Source: Nageia nagi
Lineage: Eukaryota > Plantae > Pinophyta
Assembly: GCA_050084985.1 (NCBI GenBank)
Contig: JBITNC010000001.1
Location: 138,694,001-138,758,000, forward strand
DNA length: 64,000 nucleotides
Direction of reading: 5' to 3'
This document shows, in pieces, positions 25,371-39,160 of this stretch (its first letter is position 1; each line of letters opens with the position of its first letter). Position numbers and translations under genes: made by a program. A model generated the notes under the pieces. It was given only the letters and a program-made list of their open reading frames with translations. It had not been told where the DNA came from and ran no database searches.

Positions 25371-28300
25371 TTTTCTCATCATATCCCTTACAAGCATAAA
25401 TGAAAGTAATCAAAACCCCTTTAACAAAAAATTTTCCATACTTTCGGGTTTCTCTTTGTTCCCGGGTGAACCCAATTTAGTTCTTTTTAATTTCCCCTCC
25501 TATTCTTTTTTCCTATTACCTTGTTTTTCTCCTAAAGCTCTGATCATATTTTCCTTCCCTACTTTATTTTGAATACAAACTTACCCTTGATTTCCCTTCT
25601 CAGAAATCCTTAACATGAAATAGATGATCAAACTATTATTATTGAAAATGAAACTTCTATGGGTTCAACATACCTCCTTTTTCCATGTGCCCCAAACGGC
25701 AATTTAAAGAATAACCCCAAATTTTTGACTCCATGCCCTTCATAAAAAATCATAGTTAGATCATCTACATTTAAATCATATTAAAAATTTTTTTAATTAT
25801 TTCAAAAATTTTAAATATATGTATATCTTTAGGACATTTAAGAATTAATAAAAAGTATGATAGGTTAGGAGTGTTAAATACATATAACTAATTGGTATGG
25901 TCTTTGAATACATCTACATAATACTTTGCAAAAGGGAAAATGATTACCATATTTATACCAATATTACAAAAAACTCTATATGTAAAAAAATGTATTTAAG
26001 AATATTCATATGGAATAATATTTGTTGATCCCATTAACATATTCATAACAATGCAAATCCTTACAAGTTAGAACATAACCCAAATTTTTCTTAGGGTTTT
26101 TTTTTGGGTTATTTGTATTTTTTTTCTTTGATTATTGAAACTTGATTATTTAATATAATGATAAATATAACATTGTATTAATAAAAACTAAATTCACATT
26201 CTTTATTTGTAAAATCATAAAAATTTAATATTAATACTTATTGCTATAATAAATGGAACAAGTTGTATAAATTTAAAAGATGAATCAATATCATAATTAA
26301 GAATAAAATTTAATAAATACATAAAACCATTGAAAACTTGAAACAAAAATAATAAATTTGGATAATTGTTTGTATGGGCATCACATAGGTGACATGAATG
26401 GTGATTTTTTTTAATTAGTTTTATGATTTGGAAAATATATTGATGCTTCTCCAATGCCAAATAGTTGCATTATTATTAAAAAGATGAATCAAAATAAATA
26501 TGAAAATAATTCATTATGTAATATCATCAAACTATCAATCAACTAATGTTTGTAGGAGATATACGAAAAAAATATCTCTCAAACTTTGAAAGTGAAAAAA
26601 TATTCAAAAAAGTATTGCTAAATCTTATTTACAAGAAAAAGAAGCCACATAGCATCCTACTATAGGCTAAATACTATGGTAGGTTAAAGGAGAAAGAAAA
26701 GATTTCATGAAAAGAGAAGAAAGGGATAGCTCTAGATTGATGGACTAATTGACAAAATAAAATAAATGAACTACCTAACCCTTTTTTAAAGGAAAAGAAT
26801 GACACATAGAATCCCAATGTTGGCTGTTTTATAGTGAGCAGAGGCATATTATACTATACAAAAGAATCCTAATGGCTTTATGTTTCCTCCATGCAGTAGC
26901 AGCATGCCCCCACACCAATGGTAAAATCTTGAAACTCACAAAAACATTTTACATAACATTTTTTAGGTTCAAATTTATCTTTTTAATTTTTAAAATTTTT
27001 GTTAAAATCACCTTTTCTATGAATTTGATTCACAAAAAAAATTTCTATGTGACTTTTGAGGTGGGCCCCTTTAAAAGAATCTTGTTCATCGTCCATGAAT
27101 AATGCTTGAATATACAAATTTTTCATGAGCCAAACTCCACATTTCATCCAACTACTATTAATCCTCATTTCCTGAAATCTTATCTAAAATATGATAAGAT
27201 GTAAAAATGCTTATTTCTTTACTATCAATCATTATAATTACATCTTGATTGAAAATATTACCTTCAAACTTAATATTGTGCTTAGCTTCCAAATCGTATT
27301 GCTCAAATGCTATGTAGATCTTGGAGTAGGTTTTTTTATTTGTTTTCAACCTTTGAAGAAAAATAATGATCATAGTGTGATCCTCCAGACTCAAGCATCC
27401 TCAATTAGGAATAGGTTGCTTATCCTTAGAATCTTTCTTATTAAACTCATAATCAAAGTTCCATTTCTTTGAGGGTTCATTTTATTAAAAAATCTTTATT
27501 TTCTTTATTGGTTAAAGTTTCTTGTACCTTCATTCATGTTGTAAATGAACTTTTTTTCTTCTATCTCTTAGACCAAATCTTGGATTTCTTACGTGTGTTA
27601 TCATCCTTAGTTAAATACTCAAGATAGGTCTTCCTAAAAATTTGGTTGCTTCCCTTCTTCCTTGCATGTCGTATGGCTTTTAGAGGGTCTTGAATTGATC
27701 TTCATATGTCACAATCTTCAATTTCTTTTTAGTCTCATATTGCGACATATGAAGATCATGTGAAGAAGGAGAGTTTCAAGCCTAGAACCTCTTTTTTCCA
27801 CTTGAGATATTTAAACACCCACTTGGCTCCCCAACTCCCCTCATGATTTGATGAAGAGAGAATTTATCAATAGGTATTTATGCAAAAAAATATATGTAAA
27901 TGAACCTCTAAAATTTGAGAAGGATGGAACACTTCACTTTATGTACAACCTGAAGAAGTCAATTTACAATTTGAAGAAAGATCTAAGACATAATAAAGGT
28001 AAATAACTTTCTCACAAAGTCAATTTTTATGATATGCAAAGTAGAATTTAATACATCTATCATAAGTAAGGGATGATCATAAATTTTCCATTACATTACA
28101 TGTTAATTTTCTTATTATGACAAATTATCCACATATGATCCAAATATTTATGAATAGACTATATGATACCTTTTAGATTGTTGATTTAGGAGTTAATAAT
28201 TCCTTGATTTGCAAGTAAGTAAATTTAGGAAGATATTTCTTTTTATCAATAAAATTATGTTTTGAATAATTTTGAAAAATAATTCTGCTTAAAAACTAAA

Positions 28301-28522
28301 ATTAATACTTGTTGCATATAATAAATTAAACACAGTATATGTTTTAAACAAAGACATGAATCAATATATAATTAAAATTTGGATAAATATTTGTATTCGG
28401 CATAACATAAGTGCAATGAAAGCTGATTTAGTCAAATAATCTAAATGTACATGAAGGGCCAAATTGTTACAAAAAAAACAGTCATTTGGGCATCCTTCTT
28501 TATTGAATGGAATGAGCTTATC

Positions 28523-29460
28523 TCAAGAAGAAGAAAGACTGTTCAAGAGTGCAACTCTAGCAGAAATAAAAGCTTTGAAGAGATGGCCTATTTTGTGATC
28601 CAAAAGGGCTAGAGCTCTGTCCAAGTCTTGGAGTGCCGTGTTGATTTCAGAGAGTTCAAGAGTCATGTGCAGCTTGGAGTTGGAGTTGAGTCGATTGTTG
28701 AGGTTATCAAGTGCAACATCTTCCCTCTCTAACTCGACCAACAACCACCTCTTGGACTTCCACCTTCTCATTTCAACGTTCTGCTTTAGCTTGGTTGTAG
28801 ATTGCTAAGAGGAAGTGATACAGATAGAGACGGCATCCTAAGAGGGTTGACGGAAAATGAAGCCACTAGTGCAGAACACCCCAAAGATGGCAATTGCCTT
28901 AGCATGGTTCACGGCAATGAAAGCTTCTTCACCTGATCCTACTTGCGTTTTTACCTGGAGGCTTACGCTATCAGTCATTCGCCTGAGTGTAGACATGCAT
29001 TTCTCAAGTCTGGATTGGATGCCCTTATTCTTTAGGCCTGACAAACTGGCAAGTGAGCTGCCCGATCTTTGAAGGGCATTGATACGAATGGCTACCTGCA
29101 CAGACGTGTGCTGCTTCCTCATTTCAGCTATGCTATCATCTCAACACATTGCAGATGTCTAGCAGATGCAGCATGTCTTCCAGATGTAGGTTCACCCATT
29201 TGCATCCCTTACTTGTGCCATCAATGTCAAACCCTAATTCTGAGGATCTGCGACAAGCGTTGATCACCACCTCCAAAGCTTCTCCAAGCCAATCTGCGCT
29301 GTAATATGAGCAAGAAGGCTGTTCCTGTAATGTTTCCAGATCAGCTGCGGATTCAGAGATGGCTGGGTGCCTCTCGAGTGTGCAGAGCTTACTCCATGAT
29401 CGCTTATGCCTGTGCCCATCTCTGCGTGGAGAGAGGGAGCGCAGGGCTAAGGCCGCTCAT
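28523..29460 (-). pseudogene. BPS1/ROH1 (DUF793)-family pseudogene, copy 3 (most complete)
   Basis: ATG at 29460, TGA at 28523. A net 32-bp frameshifting deletion just after the start plus three 1-bp indels (~29138, ~28880, ~28795). Retains the segments missing from copy 2. Confidence 0.85.
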
Positions 29461-30670
29461 GGTGGTCGGGATTACTGATGCTGCGGCATTTACATATGTA
29501 TTTATATTTCTGAAAGAGGGGGAACAAAGAGAAAGAATCCCGCCCAAACCAAAAGCAACTAATCTTAAGAAAATCAAGCTAGCGTAGCTTCTGTCCTCTC
29601 CCTTTGCAATTTCCATGTGATGAATGCGTGAAACCACCCGTGTGGGCGGGCTGTGTCCTTGTTGGGTACTTGCAGATGATTCCTCTTTCAGCTCACCATG
29701 TGTCCAAGTAATTTCCTCCTCTTAAAATCCATATTTTATTGCAGAAACGACCTTCGCATATTGTTATCTTACAACTATTTTGGTGGATCTCTGACATGCG
29801 ATAAATCAATCTCTATTTTGTGCTGTCCTCCTTAGCAACAACAAAGGGGACAGCTTTTCGTTGTCATGAAAGGGTTGTCATCTTCCATGACGAATATCAA
29901 GGTTCTCATCAAGCCATTACTGTCTGCTTCAGAGATGAAAGATGACAACAATCACCTGCGTGATGAATATGAAGTCTTTCATCAAGCTTTGATTGTCTCC
30001 TTAAGAGATGAAGCGATGACAAGATTCATTTGAGTTGTGTTATTTAGTAGTATTGTTATATTTAGTTGTTGTATTTCCTACCTATAATATGAAAATGGAT
30101 GCATAAGTAAAGTATCATTTCATGTCTATTTAGATAATCATGTCATTAAAACTATAAAACACATGATGGATAATTCAATTTATTCATGAATAATGTAAGA
30201 AGGATTCATTGTGGTAGAATGCTATCAATAGAACTGAAAAGAAACATAGATAAGATTAAAGTCAACACTTCATTTTTGTATTAGGTACATATTCTAATAA
30301 ATTATAAGGATCTAATGTATACTATATGATTATATGCACCAAGATATAATATATTTCTTAAAATACTGGAAATACACCATACAAATTTAAATAGATCATA
30401 TTCATAGTATATAAAAATGTAGCCTATATAATGAAATAAGATATTGAACTAAAATTTAAAGAAATTGATGTATAAAAAATATTTTGACTTCATGATTTTT
30501 TTAATATACTTACGTTTCATATTTGATCATACATAATATTTGTTGTTTTTTTACTTTTTTGAAGTATATAAGATTTAGTATTCTTTATAATTCTTGGTAT
30601 TATTATCTACAATATCTTAACAAATATTATGATAATATCTTAACAAAGGATTTATCTATAATATCTTAAC

Positions 30671-32399
30671 ATCGATGAAGTGGTGGGATGCTCTTGGATT
30701 GATCAAGCCTATCACATCCTGTCCTCATGATTTTCCCATGATCTTTAGCATGAGGTACTTCTTCATCCCATGAAGTGAGATGATAATGCTCTTTAATGTG
30801 CCCTCAACCTAAGGTGCCACATTATCTTGGGTGTCTACTCCAATCTCCTCTAAAATTACCTCTATGTAATATACCTATCCCTTGCATTGACAACAATCCC
30901 CTAGATCCCAACTCTTCTTGCAATAGAAGCACTTTCCCTCCTCTATCAGTTTCCTTCATGTGGCTACATCCAACTAATTCATTCAAGATGGGGGAAAGGG
31001 TTTGACCTTACTAGGCTCATATTTATTAGAAAGAGGCTTCTATGTCACTGGCTCTCTATAGGTATTCCATCCCTTGAGGGATTTTTACCATTAAATCCAT
31101 ATCATAAGCAGCCTAAATAGCAAGATCAAGGTTCCTAGGAGAGGATACCTTGATGATTCCTTGCAATGGATCCATCAAACCCTCAATGAAGAGGAATATG
31201 AACCTCTCCTTAGAAATGTTTTGAATCATGACTACAATCTTTTGAAACTCTATCATACACTCATCCATCACTCTGTGTTACCTCAATGATATCATATCTT
31301 AAAAGTAGTCATTCTCTTTCTTTCGATCAAACCTCTTGATCAACCATTAGGAAAAATCATCAAAGGAGTAGAAAATCACCCTTAAAATACAAATATGCAA
31401 AATGAATTTCATATTCCTCCATAATATTAAGGCTCAAGGTAAAATACATTTATAGCTAATGTAACCATGCTCTAACTATTATCTTCTTCTTGTCATACAT
31501 TTATACTTATATCATATTGATCTTTTGTTGCAAGTCCCTATTATCATTCCATGATCTATTTGGAGTCTACAGACTATGTGAACTGATCCCTTTCAATCCT
31601 TATATTTCCAAGTAGCCACTAAATTTGACATCTCTTCTCAACCCTGAATCCAAAATGTAATACTCCCTAAAAATTTGATTCCTTTCCAATGAACTAAGTA
31701 CCCTATTCTTTGCCTCTTTCCTAGACTTATTCATGAATATAGGTTTGTATAGATTTGGGATGATAGGTTACTCCTCCATCTTACCAACTTCCTTCTCCAC
31801 ATACCTCCCTAGGAGAGGTTTTGTACCCTAGGGTTCCTAATGTGAATGGGATCTAAAATGTGGGCTTTAGATGCCCCATAGAGCCATGGTGAGTTGACTC
31901 CTGATATCTCAAACTACAAGAACTCCCCATGCTCAGCTCATGATCCACCCTATCCTCCTTATGAAGCTCCTCTCTATTGTATATAGTAGAATGTGGGAGG
32001 CTAATCTATCTCTCAAACTTCTCATGAACCCCCATATGCCTATTTAGTTAGTACTGCATGGTGGTAACAACTTTGATCATGCTATGAATGGTTGAAATGA
32101 GCTCGTTAAAATTTTGTTCAAGGGTGGATTCTAGCATCAAAGTTGGTTTCCTCCTCATGGTTACCCTCAATATCTCCCTCAATCCCTCTTCTTCCTCTTT
32201 GAATATTCCTTCATTTTGCATCTTATTCCTCCATTACTAGCGATCCTCCTCATGGATGGCCCTAGAAGGTATCTCCTTAGTATATGACCTTTCACTTTTT
32301 CTAGCAAATGTCATATCTATTCAAGTGCTATATTTGCTTTAGTTACAATGAACTATAGGTCTCATACATAGTTTGGTTATAGCCAAGCTCTAATACCAC
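30671..32399 (-). mobile_element. Ty3/Gypsy internal region: PBS, gag, protease (truncated)
   Basis: Met-PBS reverse complement gctctaatacca at 32387-32398. Gag-like EFQKIVVMIQNISKERFIFLFIEGLMDPLQGIIK. Protease-like QDVIGLINPRASHHFID (cf. LIDSGASHNFID) at the truncation point. Confidence 0.8.
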
Positions 32400-35356
32400 T
32401 GTAAAGGTCCAAACACAACCTCAAGCAATAATCAACAAAGTCAAACTAGTAAGCCCTAATGTTAGGCCTAAGGAATCAATTTCAAGTAGAACCATAAATA
32501 TTGCAATGTTAGGGTTAGGGAATCCACATCAAGTTATTATAATGTAAATATGCTAATGTCAAAGCTAGGCTTTAGTATCAAGCATTAACAATACCTAGAT
32601 GGTAACATTTCACCTATCCTAGCATACATTAATGAAAAGTAGTCTACAATACCAATGTCTAACTAATGTAAATATATACAAGCAATGGTAATCCAAATAT
32701 GCATAAGATAAGTATACACAACATAAAGTATGAGATCCAATACCACAACAGATGTATGTATGATATAAAATGATAATAATACAATACCAGGCCCAATAGG
32801 TTGATGTTGGGCTCCAAGGAGCCAACTAGGGCATAACTAAATGTCTCTAACTACTAGAAAGATAGCAAAACTATGGGATATTATGCTCCCTCAAAAATAT
32901 AAATCCTCTACACTAAAGGAGCCCTCCTCAAATCTTGCACTACTACCAAAAGGATGACTTGCATCCCTTTTTTGTATCTTAAAATATGAAAAATAAAAAC
33001 TAACATTAATTTGTGACCTCCTACATTGACATGCATCATTTTTATTATTTTTTCAAGTTTTTACTTTTTTGATGTAAATTCCAAAGTAAATTACAATGTG
33101 GGGAGGATGAGTACTTTGAGTGTCAACATAAAGGTATAGGAGTACCACACATACCCATGTGGATTGAAGAGTCATGCATGGGGTCTTGCTATCAATATGG
33201 GCCAATGTGGTGATATAGGAGCCTCGCTAAGGCTAGTGAATGCATGTAGGTGTCTATCCATTCATCTAGGTATAATAATAGACCTTTGGAATACTACAAT
33301 CATGATCAAGATCTTCAAGTATAATAAAAACACCTAATCTAGGCTTGGGAGGGAGATTTCCCACTTAGGGTTCACAAGGGGCTCCATTGACCCATTAAGT
33401 CTTCTATTCCAAGTCATAAACATGAAAGTACAAGGTATTAATAAAATATATTACAAGAGGAACCTATTAGATTCCATTATTACTTACATATTTGCAAAGA
33501 TTAATGATTAGCATTAGACACCTCCTATACTTTACTTTTATGAATGAACATCACTAAGATGATGAATTCATTAAATCATAAGATTTACCTATTCTAATTT
33601 TAAAAGTTGGGGGTCATGTTAGAGAATTATGGATTATCATTTTTATGAATAGACTTATGCATTGTGTTTCTCCTCATCAAATTCTATGTTATTAAAAATG
33701 AACACCTGCATGGATTCAAGGCCTAGGTAGCACATAATTACAACACATATTCCATACTAAAGGCTGATTAAGGGCATCCAAGATTCAAGAGGAATCCTCA
33801 TTCACTCTAGCCATCTATATAGAGTAAAATACAAATATTGCTAAATGCTATCAAAATTTCTATTGAACAAAGCTTAAACCTTGTTGCATTATGAAAAATG
33901 GGATACATCTAAGAGGCATTATCCTATTCCCTAATCTCTCTTCAATAAAATCAATCTTATAAATATTTAGAAGACCATAATATCAACATTACTACAAGCT
34001 TCTTGGAAGCATATTTACAAAATATCCAACATGCCAAACTTCAAGACTCTAAGAAACATGAAAATCATGTTTGTTCTTCTTATCACATGGACTTTCTTAG
34101 TAGGGCATACAAAGAGTTCAAAAGTTATTGCAAAAGATATTCATTACAATTATGAGAAAAAAATAAGTCTGATGTAAAGAGAAGCCTTAATCACTTAGGC
34201 CCTCTATATATAGGAAAATATAGATATTGTAAAGGTTGTTAAAACATATATTGAAGAGTACTCAAACCTTAAAGCAATGTTAATAATTTGATACACCTAA
34301 ATGATATTATTCTATTCCCTAAGCTCTCTTCAACAAAATCAAAGCTTATAAATATTTAGATGACTACAATATCAACACTACTACAAGCTTCTTGGAAGCA
34401 TATTTACAAAATGGCCAACATGAAAAATTACAAGAGACTAAGAAATATGAAAATTGAGTTTATTCTTCTTGTCACATAGACTTTATGATTAGGGTGTTCA
34501 AAGTGTTCCAAAATTATATTGGAAGCCATTAATTACACAAATGATGGTTGTCAAACCATGCCTGATGATGAAATGAAGTTGGGGCCATTGATTTACTATG
34601 CAATTGCATGGGTTGTATTGGAAAAATATATCTTCTCTTGTAAAATTACATAGTAAGCATCCTCTTTGAAGAGTGAGGGGTAAAAATTTTGATTGATGGT
34701 TGTTGATTGCTCTTAAACCATGCCTGATGATGAAATGAAGATGGGCCATTGATTTACTATGTGAGCACATTGGTTGTATTGAGGATATGTGTCTTTTCTT
34801 GCATAATAAAGATAATCCAAATGATGATAATGTTGGGGGTTTATCAACAACTTACCAATGCAAATGCCCACTACTCACATCACCAATCAATTAATTCCTC
34901 TCCCATTAGAAAATAGGAAACTACTACCTTCTTTGCTACAATATCAGAAGATGATGAGTCCTTTAGTCATCATTGAATTTTGATAACTAAGGGAAATAAG
35001 ATGAAAGCCAATGAGAATAAGTGCCAATGATCAAATACAAAAGCTCATGCTCCTAGTAGATGATGTCAATGATTGGATAGTAGTCAAAGTTTAAAATATT
35101 CTTGCATATTGGTAATCCCAAAAAGATTGGAGCAAGTTTGAAAATTGAGAAGTACAAGACATAAAGGATTTGAGCATCAATGTACATTATCAAGTGAAGA
35201 AGGCCTTGACACATGACATCAATGACCCTAGACATGTGAGAAAAAATTAATTCCAATGAAGAACAATTATTTTTCTATGATGTACCCATTACATTCCATA
35301 GTAATATCTAGAGTATAGTTTTTTTAATTTTTCATAACAAAATCAATGGGTGAGCA
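32400..35356 (-). mobile_element. Probable 5' LTR of the Gypsy element (far boundary uncertain)
   Basis: Begins TGTAAAGG one base from the PBS. Host-like sequence resumes at ~35360. Contains internal duplications and could include nested fragments. Confidence 0.45.
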
Positions 35357-35605
35357 TATTATTTTTCCCTACCTCTATGAAATGGATACTAAAATAAAGT
35401 ATCATTTTATATCTATTTATATAATCATACCATTAAAATTATATTATAAATGATGAAGAAATTAGTTTATCCATGAATAATGTAAGAAGGAGGCCCTTAT
35501 GATAGGATTCTACCAATATAATAGAAAACTAGGAATAGTTATCTTAAATATATTTATGAAATAATGATAGTTCCCTCTTCCTTTATACAAAGGAGAATCA
35601 AGGTT

Positions 35606-38278
35606 TTTTGGGATTTAGATATTCCATTATGTGAGAACAAATTAAAAAAAAAAACTAATAAACATGCAGACAAAAAGAACATAAAATTTGATAAGGTTCA
35701 CTCAACAACTCATTGAGTTACATCTCTATAGAAGCACTAGTACTTACATCTTTGTTTCCATAAATAAATATAATGTATAAAAGAAAGGAAGAACTATGCA
35801 ACATTCCTTGTTGTAGTACCCTCTCTATCTCCATATAGTATATCATGCAACCAACATCTTCTTAGACATAGGTTCTCCTCACCCATGACCATGTAATCTC
35901 TATCATAGCTATAAGAACAAGAGTGTTGAGCTACTTTAAATAATGAACAATCTACCATATGGCACCAGTGCCAACTCCTCAAAATATGTCCTAACACTCA
36001 CACTATAAAGTTATAATCTTAGCAAAATTTATCAACTCACAAGCTTATAATAGAGAATTACATTAACAATATATCTCCTAACATTATTTTAGCATTACAA
36101 ATAGTGTATGCCAATACCGATATCACTCACCTTTTTGACATTACTACCTTTGGTATTACTACATCTCACTTTATGCAACATATAATTATATATAAAACAC
36201 ATTACATATTACATGACCATGGTTGTTATATTATTATAATATTATAATAACCAACTATAGGTAAACTTGTTGTCCTCATCATTGTGAATTAGTATGATGT
36301 CGATCACACAATCCTCATCACCATTTGTTTGGACACTCTGTAAATATCTATCATCATGAGAATCAATCTATTCACCAAAATCTTCCATATGTGACTTCTT
36401 GAATATTGCCTCATATCTAATGCTTACTACTATTTGTTATGCCAATGACATTGCACCTATTGCTCACAACACAAATGTGTCTATTCTAACATGGATGCTA
36501 CCAAAAGAGTCCTACAAATTGGGTTTAGTATTTTTCTAAGGCATATTTCATCTACCTCATAATATTTTTCATGATTTTAGCTTCATAAAATGCTAGTTGT
36601 TCCTATTTTGATAGTGAATATGGACTCCATACCCAATAATCTCCCACTTAGAGACTTGATTCATTGCTTCAAATTGTAGCACAACTTCATCTTCTTCTTA
36701 TGATGCTTGATGAACTCCTCCTAATTGTTCTTGGATCAACCATATCCTAATGCAATCTTCTTCAAGTCTTTCCTTGCATCTTTGTCCCTTTTCTTTTATC
36801 ATGCATACAAAACACCATGCACCATCCAACCTTATGGATTTCCAACTCCCACTCATTCTTGGATTTCATTCCATAAACACTCACCACCATCAGCATGCAA
36901 TTTATATGAAACTATAGGGAACTTTATACTTTACGTCCATATTTGAACATTCTTGGTGAAAATTATTCTATCCTAATGTTGAAGATCCTTTGCACCATTA
37001 GTATCCATATCACTTCCTTTAAGCCTTATTCTATAAGATCTCTCTTGATCTCCCAAAAATATCATTACTCCCACTGCATTATCAATATTCACACATCATT
37101 AATGAAAATAACTACATCCTAATTTTTAATCTGGAAATGGGATCGAGGAAGGGATGACATAACAAAAGTGATCAAGTTCTCTTGGTACTCATACAATTTC
37201 TGACAATTTGAAGTAAAGCTCACATCAGTTTGCCCATATCTACTATAGCTCTCACCTCCAACTTAAACTAAAATCTATCAAACATTTAGGTTTGATACCA
37301 ATTATTATGATTTAGATATTCCATTATGTGAGATCAAATTGACCAACAAAAATAACATAAATATGCAGATAAAGATAACACAAAATTTAATGAGGTTCAC
37401 TCAACAAATCATTTGAGCTACATCCTCATTGAAGAACCAACAATTGCATCTTTGTGTTCATTAATAAATACAATGTAAAAAATAAAGGTTAAAGTATGCA
37501 ACATTCCTTTTTATAGCACCCTCTCTATCTCCATATAGTACATCATGCATCAAGATCTTCTCAAACAAGGGTTCTCCTCACCCATAACCATGTAATTTCT
37601 ATGAAAGCTACAAGAATAAGATTATTGTGCTATTGTGCATAATGAACAATATGCAATATTATATCACTATGGGCTCCTCTAAATACCTTCCCGCAATCAC
37701 ACTACAAAGTTACAATATTATAGAAATTTATCATCTCATAAGCTTAAAATAGATAATTACATTGAGAATATCTCTTGAGATTCTTCCAGCATTGCAGCCA
37801 TTGTATGCTAATATGACATCACTCACCTTTCTTGTATTATTGTATCTCATATTATGTAGTACATTATTATATATAATACATTATGTATTAAATAACAATA
37901 GTTGTTATATTAACAATATAATAAACTATATGTAAACCTGCTATCCTCTTCATCATGAATTAGTATGTTGTCAATCACACTATAATCATCATCATTTATT
38001 TGGACACTCTCAAAATATCTATCATTAAGAGAATCAATCTATTCATCATAATCAATCCAACACTTATTGTTATTTGATATACCAATGATATTACACTTGG
38101 TGCTCACAACACAAATGCATCTAGTCTAACATGGATGCTTCCATGATAGCCCTATAAATTAGATTTACTATTGCTATATTGTATATTTTATCCAACCTCA
38201 TATTATTTTCCTTATTTTAACTTTATCAAATAGTATAAGTTCTAATTGTCACAGTAACTTAAGGCTTCACACCTAACA
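35606..38278 (-). mobile_element. Complete non-autonomous Copia-type LTR element (~1-kb LTRs, ~0.66-kb internal region)
   Basis: TSD AGGTT at 35601-35605 and 38279-38283. LTRs at 35606-36638 and 37303-38278. PPT reverse complement atctcccactt at 36639-36649. PBS reverse complement tttgatacca at 37291-37300. Empty-site homologues at ~1575-1600 and ~61925-61955. Confidence 0.85.
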
Positions 38279-38524
38279 AGGTTACCATCCAAAGGAATTG
38301 ATGTTTATAAAAACTATGTAGAGGGATGTGTAATTTTAATTCAATGCAAGATTTTTATATTATAATACCAATCTCATTGAAATATGTTTGAAAGTTTTTA
38401 TAATAAGAGATTTGTTATTGAAGAAATATCTTATATGAAATTACTTTTAGAGGGTAATTAAATAATGTATGTATCATTGCATGAAATATATCAATTTTGT
38501 TAAAAAATATTTAATTTTTATAAA

Positions 38525-39160
38525 TAATGTTGTATGTAGATTAACTTATGCATTCTTTGGACACTCATGCACATAAAATAAATAGATCCATAATGGAACC
38601 ACTATAGATATTTCAATGGAACCACTAGAGAAATATTAGAAGGATTATCTCCATAAAGAGGAAGGGGTAGAGGTCCAATAAGAAGAAGAGGTTGATTCCC
38701 ACGAAGAGGAAAAGGTTGAAGAAATAATATGAGTAATAAAGAAACCTAAAAATACACTTAAGTGCGAGGAAGATGAAAAAGAAACTTCAAGAAAAGAGGG
38801 AGAGGCTATCAAAAGTATGATTATTCATTTTTCAATGCTATTATTATCACAATATAGAAATATTAAATGTAGAACAAACATAGATGATGAAAATAGAGAG
38901 TAAGCTAAATATACAAATGAAGGTGAAATGATAGATTACTATGTGTTAACATATAGTGTTAAAGAGGAAGTAAATGAATAGAAATTCTATGTTGATAGTG
39001 GGTATAATAATCTTATGACAAGAGGAAAAGATATGTTCTAATATTTAGATGACTCATTCTAATCAAAAGTGAAAATGAGTAATAATACAATTGTACCAAT
39101 CTTAGGGACAAGGGTATAGTACTCAAAATAAAGTAAAGTGTGAAAAACATTATTTGTGAT
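38525..39160 (+). mobile_element. Copia gag-protease fragment, unit-3 copy
   Basis: Collinear with ~10438-11070 and includes YVDSGYNNLMT. Confidence 0.8.
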
